From: Eledone cirrhosa
Taxonomy: Eukaryota
Length of the DNA stretch: 64,000 nucleotides
Assembly (NCBI GenBank): GCA_964016885.1
Contig: OZ024742.1
Location: 366,110,001 to 366,174,000 of the forward strand
Direction of reading: 5' to 3'
The notes under the pieces are model-generated. The model was given only the letters and a program-made list of their open reading frames with translations, was not told where the DNA came from and did not search any database. Numbering within the stretch: the first letter of the stretch is position 1; every line of letters starts with the position of its first letter. The translations under genes were made by a program, and so were the position numbers. Below, one piece after another: positions 53,931-64,000 of the stretch.

Positions 53931-55207
53931 AGTTTCTGTAGATGGGTATACAGGTATACAGGCGTACAGGTATACCTGTCTAGATTATGTCAACAAATTC
54001 TCCATACGGTTTAAATACACAGAAAGTCTCTGATATCCGAATGACTAAATGTGATCAGAAGGATACTCGGGATTCATGATCTGAATGCGACCCGACCCCC
54101 TTTGTGTGTAAAGAGTTAAGGACTGTGGTTTCTTCTATGAAGACCTTCTACTATCCAGTTGATAGTTTCTTACCACTACCTCGACTTCTGTCATTTCAGG
54201 TTCCGTCATGTTTGAAGTTACAGTGGTTTTGTTAATACTATATGGTAAAAATATAGCTCGTGTTATATTTGCCTCGACTGTATGAAGCTCTTCCAAATAT
54301 GTTAAACCATAAAAACAACACAAAATCAATAGTAACATATAAAACCACATTTGAATAAATGCTAAAATATACAGCATAAAGTAATGTAAGGAATGTCTAT
54401 TAGTGGTTTATAGATGGGGTGGGCGTAATTGGACATCTCTCGTCTTTTGACGCAAGTCTTGACTCCTGAAACCAATTAACGACGTAAGGTGGGCCCTACT
54501 TGGGAGAACTGGAATGAACCTCTTCTGATTTTGAATATAGGTCCTCCATTTGTTCGCTCAACATACCAGCTTGCTCCTGAAATATATGTGTCAGTGCCTG
54601 AGCATTCTATATTAATAATTTTCAAGGATATTCTACGTAACACTGTGTGTCACGACGGTCCTTTTGAATTAGAGTAATATTTATCTGTCGGGCTTCCAAC
54701 TATTCTCCCTCTACCAAGTTTCCCACAGAAAGGATGGATCAATCCGAAGCTCTGGTAAATGACACATACCGAAGATGTGAAGCTATGAGAACGAACACCC
54801 GACCGAATAATTCGCTAGGAGATGACCCTTACTATTCGGCCATACTACCTCCAAAGTTTAAAGAAATGTTATACTTAGTAACTCAAACATTTCCAAATGT
54901 TTAACACACATTTGGAAAATAATCCTCAACCGTCGTTAAAAATTGATATCTCCATTTTGAAAGCTGTTTGATATATTTCCAAGAATAATATATCAAAACT
55001 GCACAAACAAATAGTTTGCCAAGAATTGAAAATGGAAGGTTAACAAGTTAGATATGAAAATCTCCATTCTCCTGTCAAACTACTCGCGGCAAATTGTTAT
55101 TAACGAATACCAAGTGGTTGAGTTTTTAAACAGATTTTATTTCAAATTCGATTTTATGTTTGCACTAATTTTATTTGCTATTGTAGACTGTATTTATGCA
55201 TATACTA

Positions 55208-55292
<85 letters not shown>

Positions 55293-55616
55293 AGTGTTTA
55301 TATACACACATACACACACATAGGTATGTATAGATACATAGATAGATAGATAAAGATATATATATATGGATGGTCCCGTAATTCGTGAGGGAGTCGTGGT
55401 GACGTCGGTCTGACATACGGCGTTTCTTGGGTATCTTTAAAGCATATTTAAGGCTGGCAGTGTCCAATCCTCTCCAGGCCTCAACACACCAGGTTTCTTC
55501 CACAAAGGATGGAGAGTCAGAGAAAGGAAGTGAGGAAAAGACACAGAGGAAGAATCTACCTCAGTATTAGGTTGGTATTATCTAATAACCTGGAATGGAT
55601 GAAAGGCAAAGTTGAT

Positions 55617-55667
<51 letters not shown>

Positions 55668-55903
55668 ATAATAATAAATTTGAAGACTAAAATCCAAAGA
55701 GGGCTCGAAAAGGATAAATATATATCAAATATATAAGAACCGTAGACCAAATATTTATTAAAATAACAGATTAAAGTTTAAGCAAAGAATCGCTGCTTTC
55801 ACCCTTAACGGGATCTTCTGAAACTATATATATATAAGTTTATCCCGGGTTCAATCGGGGGTAACCACAGTAAGTAAGGTACTGAATACAAAGCAGACTA
55901 TAA

Positions 55904-56018
55904 ATATTTAATATAGAAAGGCTTCTACAGGACTGGAACTGTTTCATTCGGGAAGCCCTGATGATTTCTCCCGAATGAAACAGTTCTAGTCCTGTAGAAG
56001 CCTTTCTATATTAAATAT
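55904..56018. repeat. 50-bp-arm inverted repeat with a hammerhead core in the loop
   Basis: CTGATGA (55958-55964) lies in the 15-nt spacer, followed by GAAAC...GTC. Confidence 0.75.
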
Positions 56019-57604
56019 CTCTATATATATATCTATATATATATTATATATATAGGATAAAGTTCCCATAACTCCTTGTGGAATCGTAGAGGCCCCGTCA
56101 TACGGCGTGTCCAGGGCACATTTAAACCTGGTGGAGCCCAACCCTCTCCAGGTCTCAACACAGCAGATTTTTTTCTATAGAGGAAGAATCGACCCCAGTA
56201 CTGGACTTTTTTTATCGACCTCGAAAAGATGAAAGGCAAAGTTGACCTCGGCGGGATTTGAACTCAGAGCACGCAATGATGTGGGATGAATACGGTAAAG
56301 CTTGTGTGTGTCTCTAGTGGCTCGATTATTTGACAAGGTTAGTTCGGGGACTAAATCAAGGTGTTGCCCCAGCATGGCCGCAGACAAATTAATGACTGAA
56401 CCTGTAAATGAGTAAAAATAAAAGAAAGAAACCAATATTGATTGTTAATATGGCGGTAGTTGTGGTGATGGTGGTGGTGGTGGTAGTAGTGGTGTTGTTG
56501 ATGCAGGTGGTGGTGGTGATGGTGGTGATTTGGTTCAAGGTCTGTCATGCTAGAAATATTGATTCTATCACTATAAATCACCATCACAACCAACGATACA
56601 TTGATTCTCAGACTCTCAGACATTCCATTGTTCCACCATTAAATTTCTCAGTAGTTCCTTAGTTTTTCATTCGACCTCACAACATTAATACAGACGACCT
56701 TGTTCATTACCATCGTCACATTACCATTCTTTGCAAATGTTCCTGCTTTTCATTCATACCATTGTGATCATACCATTTTAATGACTTTGATATTCTATTC
56801 TCAACTGTGTAGAATTATTATTATCTGAGTATTAAAGTCTCTAGCTGTGAAAGCAATGTAAACACATCATTGGTAAGGCCCAGGGAGCCATCAACAAGTT
56901 ATCTCTAGTGTGGAAGTCTAGACTTTCAGACAACCTGAAAAGGTCTTTTAAGCAACTGTTACTTCTGTTTTATTGTATGGCTGCTCAGCATGGACCCTTA
57001 TCTCAACATTGGAAAGAAGAATGGATGGAGCCTACACTCTCATTCTAAGAGTGATTTGAATGTCACGTGGAGACATTATCTGACCAATGAGAGACTGTAT
57101 GGGAACCTTCCCCAATATAAGACATTATCAAAGAGCGTAGAGTCAGATTTGTAGAGCATTGCTGGAAAACTAAAGACGAAATTGTTAGGGAAGTTAGTTT
57201 GTAGGGCCCTACACAAGGAAGGGCTATTAGAGGACAGCAAGCCAAGACCTATATCTAGCAGATTTATGACGATAAAAACTACAATCTCCCTCACCTGCCA
57301 AATATGACATACTGTAGAATATGGTGAGAGAGTGACAGGAATCTGTGCAAGCAGTGTAATTTATTGATTGATCTTATATTCCCTCCTTATTTTCCAGTGT
57401 TCCTATACTACTGGTTCGGCGGTGACTGTGGCTTATAACTGCCCTCGGATTCTAATTCTTTTATTGTGATATCCTCATCTATTAATACAATATAATATAT
57501 CATATTTATGGTGGCCAATACTTTCCCTTTGACAAATGTCCAAGGCCACTTTATTGAAACTGAATTCTATGGTGATGATGTCATTAAATTATTTTAAACT
57601 TTGA

Positions 57605-57798
57605 AAGGCGGTGGCTTGGTAGTATCGGTAGAGGGTAGGACGCCATGCTTTGCAGCAAAGAGTTACGACCCTTTATGGTCTGAGTTCAAATCCCACCGAG
57701 GTTAACTTTGCCTTTCATCCTTACGAGGTCGATAAAATAAAGTACCAGTAATACACTGGTATAATTGCTGGTCTTGTGCTAAAGTAGAAACAATTATT
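57605..57798 (+). mobile_element. SINE family B
   Basis: Complete head with B-box GAGTTCAAATCCC. ATTATTTTAAACTTTGAA flanks both sides and resembles a target-site duplication. Confidence 0.85.
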
Positions 57799-58088
57799 TT
57801 AAACTTTGAAGAAGTCTTTGTAGTGTTTTTATTTCTATTTGTTTATTCATTTTTTCTTCTTTTTTAGCAAAACCTTTCAAATCATCCATATAGAAAATAT
57901 AATCGATATTTGTGTCATTGATCTTATATTTACGTCATCCCCCTTTTAGAGGTGTTACTACTGGTTATATAGGACTCCAGGTCAGGCTTAACATCAGACA
58001 TCGAGAACGACTCTTTCTTCTCTCATTTAATAAACAAAACTTTTCGAAGAATATATTCTGTCCTTAAATGTATTGATTACTGAAGAGT

Positions 58089-58487
58089 ACAGCCCTCGTA
58101 CCTTATGTTGAGGTTCATGTGGTTGTGGACAGCCCTCGTACCTTATGTTGAGGTTCATGTGGTTGTGGACAGCCCTCGTACCTTATGTTGAGGTTCATGT
58201 GGTTGTGGACAGCCCTCGTACCTTATGTTGAGGTTCATGTGGTTGTGGACAGCCCTCGTACCTTATGTTGAGGTTCATGTGGTTGTGGACAGCCCTCGTA
58301 CCTTATGTTGAGGTTCATGTGGTTGTGGTTAGCCTTCGTAACTTATGTTGAGGTTCATGTGGTTGTGGACAGCCCTCGTAACTTATGTTGAGGTTCATGT
58401 GGTTGTGGACAGCCCTCGTAACTTATGTTGAGGTTCATGTGGTTGTGGACAGCCCTCGTACCTTATGTTGAGGTTCATGTGGTTGTA
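58089..58487. repeat. 40-bp minisatellite, ~10 units
   Basis: Unit acagccctcgtaccttatgttgaggttcatgtggttgtgg. Confidence 0.95.
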
Positions 58488-58569
58488 GAGACCCGGCAGA
58501 TCCCCAGATACCAATGACCACAGGAATAATGTATAATTATTTACTCCATATCCTTCTTATTTCCTGCCT

Positions 58570-60992
58570 ATATAATCTATATATTCTCTATATATACTCT
58601 ATATATATACTCTATATATACTCTATATAACCTCTATATATACTCTATATATACTCCATATATATACCCAATATATCCTCTATATATACTCTCTATATAT
58701 ACTCTATATATTCTTTATATATACTCTATATATATACTCAATATATACTCTATATATACTCTATATACCCTCTATATATACTCTATATATCCTCTATATA
58801 TACTCTATATATACTCTATATATCCTCTATATATACTCTATATATATACTCTAGATATCCTCTATATATACTCTATATATATACTCTATATATTCTATAT
58901 ATATACTCTATATATTCTCTATATATATACTCAATATATACTCTATATATACTCTAGATATCCTCTATATATACTCTATATATACTCTATATATCCTTTA
59001 TATATACTCTATATAAACTTTATATATATACCCTATATATCCTCTATATATACTATATATATATACTCTATATATCCTCTATATATCCTCTATATATCCT
59101 CTCTATATACTCTATATATACTCTATATATACTCTATATATGCTCTATAAATACTCTATATATACTCTATATATATTCTATATATATCCTCTATATCTCA
59201 TCTATATATTCTCTATATATACTCTATATATATACTCTATATATACTCTATATATACTCTATATATACTCTATATACCCTCTATATATACTCTATATATC
59301 CTCTATATATACTCTATATATACTCTATATATCCTCTATATATACTCTATATATATACTCTAGATATCCTCTATATATACTCTATATATATACTCTATAT
59401 TCTCTATATATACTCTATATATTCTCTATATATATACTCAATATATACTCTATATATACTCTATATACCCTCTATATATACTCTAGATATCCTCTATATA
59501 TACTCTATATATACTCTATATATCCTTTATATATACTCTATATAAACTTTATATATATATACCCTATATATCCTCTATATATACTATATATATATACTCT
59601 ATATATCCTCTATATATCCTCTATATATCCTCTCTATATACTCTATATATACTCTATATATACTCTATATATGCTCTATAAATACTCTATATATACTCTA
59701 TATATACTCTATATATATCCTCTATATCTCATCTATATATACTCTATATATATACTCTATATATACTCTATATATACTCTATATATACTCTATATATTCT
59801 CTATATATACTCTATATATATCCTATGTATATCCTCTATATATATCCTCTATATATACTCTATATATACTCTATATATACTCTATATATACTCTATATAT
59901 TCTCTATATATACTCTATATATCCTCTGTATATCCTCTATATATATCCTCTATATATACTCTATATATACTCTATATATACTCTATATATATACTCTATA
60001 TATTCTCTATTTATACTCTATATATACTCTATATATATACTCTATATATTCTCTATATATTCTCTATATATACTCTATATATACTCTATATATACTCTAT
60101 ATATACTCTAAATATCCTCTATATATCCTCTATATATTCTCTATATATCCTCTATATATACTCTATATATACTCTATATATTCTCTATATATACTCTATA
60201 TATACTCTATAAATACTCTATATATACTCTATATATCCTCTATATATACTCTATATATACTTCGTATATACTCTATATATACTCTATATATCCTCTATAT
60301 ATTCTCTATATATACTCTTAATATACTCTATATATTCTCTATATATACTCTATATATACTCTATATATCCTCTATACATACTCTATATATCCTCTATATA
60401 TCCTCTATATATTCTCTATATATACTCTATATATACTCTATATATACTCTATATATTCTCTATATATACTCTATATATCCTCTATATATCCTCTATATAT
60501 ACTCTATATATCCTCTATATATACTCTATATATACTCTATATATACTCTATATACTCTCTATATACTCCCTATATCCTCTATACATACTCTATATATCCT
60601 CTATATACGCAATATATATCCTCTATATATCCTCTATATATACTCTATATATTCTCTATATACCCTCTATATATCCTCTATATCCTCTATATATATACTC
60701 TATATACCCTCTATATACCCTCTATATATACTCTATATATACTCTATATATTCTCTATATATACTCTATATATCCTCTATATATTCTATATATATACTCT
60801 ATATACAATCTATATACCCTCTATATATACTCTATATACCCTCTATATATACTCTATATATCCTCTATATCCTCTATATACTCTCTATATACCCTCTATA
60901 TACACTCTATATATACTCCATATATACTCTATATATACTCTATATATACTCTATATATACTCTATATATACTCTATATATACTCTATATATA
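58570..60992. repeat. 2.4-kb low-complexity (CTCTATATATA)n-like satellite
   Basis: 9-13 bp variants of ctctatatata, almost G-free on the plus strand. Confidence 0.93.
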
Positions 60993-61069
60993 ATTTCGCG
61001 GCAGTTGATAATAAGTAACATATTTTCTACATGTTTGTTGGAGACTTCCCTTTTGTGAATTACTATCAG

Positions 61070-61071
61070 TT

Positions 61072-61116
<45 letters not shown>

Positions 61117-61120
61117 ATAA

Positions 61121-61167
<47 letters not shown>

Positions 61168-61169
61168 AC

Positions 61170-61216
<47 letters not shown>

Positions 61217-61238
61217 ATATAGTAGTAGTAGTAGTAAC

Positions 61239-61285
<47 letters not shown>

Positions 61286-61333
61286 ATGCTGTTCCAGTAG
61301 TAGTAGTAGTATTAGAGGTAGTAGTAGTAGTAA

Positions 61334-61369
<36 letters not shown>

Positions 61370-61400
61370 CAGCAGAGCAGCAACAGCAGCAGCAGTAGTT
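61070..61400. repeat. (GTA)n trinucleotide tract
   Basis: Direct reading. Confidence 0.95.
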
Positions 61401-61604
61401 CTTCTTCGGTACATAACAGACACTAAATAAGGGGAACTATAAGATATATTGTTATACTTTGGGAGGGTCATGTTGCCAATAAGAAACACACGCACCAGTT
61501 GCTTTCACTTCAATTTAATTTATTAAATATTTATAAATTTACAAATTTATAAATTTCTGGTTGGTTGGTTGGTTCCACAACCAGATAGTTGTTTATATAT
61601 ATAT

Positions 61605-61649
61605 AGTCATAGTTCTTTCGTCACACACTCTGTGACCTCTTCAGTGACT
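61605..61649 (-). ncRNA. Minimal hammerhead ribozyme in the Penelope-like 3' terminal repeat
   Basis: agtca-CTGAAGA-g-gtcac/gtgac-GAAAG-aa-CTA-tgact, about 290 nt after the ORF stop, on the same strand. Confidence 0.82.
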
Positions 61650-61937
61650 GGGGATTTCTTTCTTCGTTTCTGTGCCTTTCCTTTCTTCTATCCTACGCCA
61701 TTTTGTTTGTGTGTGGGTTGCGTGCTCAGTTTGCGCATGCGCCACATCCGGGTGTCTGTGTGTGTTTGTGTTCATTTTTCTATTTTTCTATTTATATTTT
61801 TTTTTTTTATTTGTTTGTTTATTTATTTATTTATTGTTGGTTGGTTGTTTGTTCTATGTGTGTGTGTGTTTTCATTTTGTGTGTGTTTTCAATTGTAAGT
61901 TGTTTGTTCGATGTGTGTGTGTGTTTTCATTTTGTCC

Positions 61938-64000
61938 TTAATTGTAAGTTGTGATGTTGCTGTTCCACTCATATTTTCTATTTAATTTTGGTTTTAATTC
62001 TTTTATGCTTACTGCCTCTGTAATTTGCCTAAACATTGCGTCTTTCTTGTGTGTGGATTCTATTTTTATTTCTATGCTCTCTAATTTACCCCTGTGTTCT
62101 ATCTTAGCATGTTGGTAGATCACAGATGATTCTTTATTATCTTGGAGGTCTCGCCAGTGTTCATTTATTCGTTCCCCTATACTACGAGCTGTCTCACCTA
62201 TGTACACTACATTTTTGTTTCTACATTGTCCTTCAGTACATCTTATGCTATATACTACATTTCTAGTTTTACAGTTAATATGGGGGCTTATTTTACAGGT
62301 TATACATTTCTTATCTATACATGAGGGTCTTTGGAACGGGTATGTCTTGCTAATAAGTGTTTTTACGGAGGTACCAGGTCTTTCTACTATCTTAATATTG
62401 AGGTTATGTTTCTTTAGGGCCCTTCTAAATTTGTAGGCTAGTTCGCCTCTAGGGGTTGTATTGATGAACATTACACTCTGGTATTTATTGCTATCATACC
62501 ATGAGTTTATTCTATTGGCCTTGTTCTTAGTTCTTTCTATTCTATTCCAAAATTTGCTCCTATACAAGGGGCAGGTCCCATTTATGTCATTATTTACCAT
62601 TTTTTCCCATTTGGTTCTGGCTCCTTTATACACTCTGATTCTATCTCTCTGATTGTAGCCAGAGAACTGCATACGGTGGATGAAGTGTTGTATGTGTCTC
62701 TCTAGTTCTTCGGGGTTGCACATGCGGGACACATTTCTCATCACCCGTACCAAATCCGCAATCAGTATGTTGATTTTGGTATGGTCCGAAATGGCCGAGT
62801 TTCGGTGGATCAGATGTTTGGAAGTCATGGGTTTGGCATAATCGGAATGGAGGATTTGTTTTTGGTTGTTAATAGTATCTAACCAGAGCTCTGTGTCTAG
62901 TACAGGTAATCGATGGTTGGGGTGTCTACTTGGGTAGTCTATAGTAACTCTAATGCTCTGGTGGATGGAGTTTGCTATTTGCTGGATGCTTTCCATTGTG
63001 TTTTTCTCTAGTTCCTGACTGTTCTTTAGTGGGGGTGTCTTAACTACGATGTTTATATCATCTACGTAGCGGGAGTACATTATCAGGGTTAAGCTGTCTT
63101 CTAATTGTTCATTAAGTTTTTGTTTAAGTCTACTGTCCCACCATACCATGAATAAGTTAGCTATGTCGCCTGCAATGCTAACCCCAATGGCTGCTCCTTC
63201 CTCTTGGGCATATGTTTTACCATTAAATTTGAACATATGTTCCTTAAGGGTTAGTTTTATGCTGGCCCCTACCGCATGTGCAATCATTTTCTTCAGTTCA
63301 TCATGGTTTTCGGGTGTCCGTATGGCTCTGGTCCACCCGTTCCATCTATCTGTGTGGGTTTTCTTGGCCATTGAGGTAATGGTAGGTGGTCTGCCTCTTG
63401 CTGGTCTTGTAGGGCACAGGTTGCTAAGGTCATAAGTGTCTAGGTAACTATTACTATGGGTAAGCTTAAGTAGAAGTCCCAGCTCACTGGTATCAATCCC
63501 ACGGAACTCAACCTTGCTCTCGCTGATCATTTCGACGCATTTCTCCACAGCAAAATCCACGTCAATAGATGGATACAGGGACACAACATCCATACTGCCT
63601 ATTATGCAGTTTGTTAGGTCCCCAGATCGGTTACCCGCGCCGATTCTGCTGAGGAGGTCCTCCGTGCTGTCACACACATCTGGGGACATCTCAATGATGG
63701 GGCGTATGATCAGGGAGAGGAAGTAGGACAGTCTGTAGTTACTAGCAATGTTAGCCCCACAGACTGGCCGTGTTGGTGGTCCCGCGACAGGGTCCCAGCC
63801 TGTTTTATGGTCTTTACGAAGCCCATACAACGCCGGCACGTCATTGTTCCAGGCCTGGAAGTTGTTGGCAGTCCTTTTGTTGGGCTGCATTATATTTGTC
63901 CACATCACCATATGGGCATTGAGGGTTTTTTCTCTATCCTCATGCTCCTGTGGTGTTACCTCTCTTGTGTTAGTGATGTGGGGTTGCATTGCCTGGATGT
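61938..64000 (-). CDS. Penelope-like element polyprotein (RT + Cys linker + GIY-YIG endonuclease), possibly Naiad-type; N-terminus outside the window
   Basis: LYGLRKDHK, RPV, SMDVVSLYPSI, GAAIG, RYVDD, LPVLD, CxxxxCxxC linker, VVY..C...C....VYIGETAR. The frame is open to the window edge. Confidence 0.93.
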   Translation of the reverse strand, partial: IQAMQPHITNTREVTPQEHEDREKTLNAHMVMWTNIMQPNKRTANNFQAWNNDVPALYGLRKDHKTGWDPVAGPPTRPVCGANIASNYRLSYFLSLIIRPIIEMSPDVCDSTEDLLSRIGAGNRSGDLTNCIIGSMDVVSLYPSIDVDFAVEKCVEMISESKVEFRGIDTSELGLLLKLTHSNSYLDTYDLSNLCPTRPARGRPPTITSMAKKTHTDRWNGWTRAIRTPENHDELKKMIAHAVGASIKLTLKEHMFKFNGKTYAQEEGAAIGVSIAGDIANLFMVWWDSRLKQKLNEQLEDSLTLIMYSRYVDDINIVVKTPPLKNSQELEKNTMESIQQIANSIHQSIRVTIDYPSRHPNHRLPVLDTELWLDTINNQKQILHSDYAKPMTSKHLIHRNSAISDHTKINILIADLVRVMRNVSRMCNPEELERHIQHFIHRMQFSGYNQRDRIRVYKGARTKWEKMVNNDINGTCPLYRSKFWNRIERTKNKANRINSWYDSNKYQSVMFINTTPRGELAYKFRRALKKHNLNIKIVERPGTSVKTLISKTYPFQRPSCIDKKCITCKISPHINCKTRNVVYSIRCTEGQCRNKNVVYIGETARSIGERINEHWRDLQDNKESSVIYQHAKIEHRGKLESIEIKIESTHKKDAMFRQITEAVSIKELKPKLNRKYEWNSNITTYN

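Noticed and set aside
58089-58487. 40-bp array as another TE-derived satellite
   Set aside because: I could not match the unit to any element in the window.
59140-61495. Long Tyr/Ile/Leu-rich ORFs (also 41700-42400, 46800-47200, 50006-50506)
   Set aside because: Translations of microsatellites.
61938-63989. Selenocysteine recoding as reported for some Naiad elements
   Set aside because: No in-frame TGA in the visible 683 codons and no SECIS recognised.

Overview
Repeat-dense, AT-rich eukaryotic DNA. The SINE/LINE families and (TA)n load suggest an octopus/cephalopod genome (inference). The one host gene I can support is the first three coding exons of spliceosomal cyclophilin H (PPIH) on the minus strand (35339-35398, 9493-9557, 915-983), with introns of about 25.8 kb and 8.5 kb. 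The rest is mostly mobile DNA: CR1 LINEs, RTE LINEs, CRE-type (REL endonuclease) fragments, Helitron remnants, two tRNA-derived SINE families, and Penelope-like elements, including an uninterrupted RT/GIY-YIG ORF running off the right edge. Three patterns are not explained by the feature list alone. (1) There are many type I hammerhead ribozyme motifs, several inside fold-back palindromes whose turning point lies at or just 5' of the ribozyme core. (2) Long minisatellites have grown out of short segments of four unrelated transposon classes, with visible higher-order duplications. (3) An inverted Helitron-like pair has a CTAG|TC head-to-tail junction on both strands. All calls were made by eye with no database searches.
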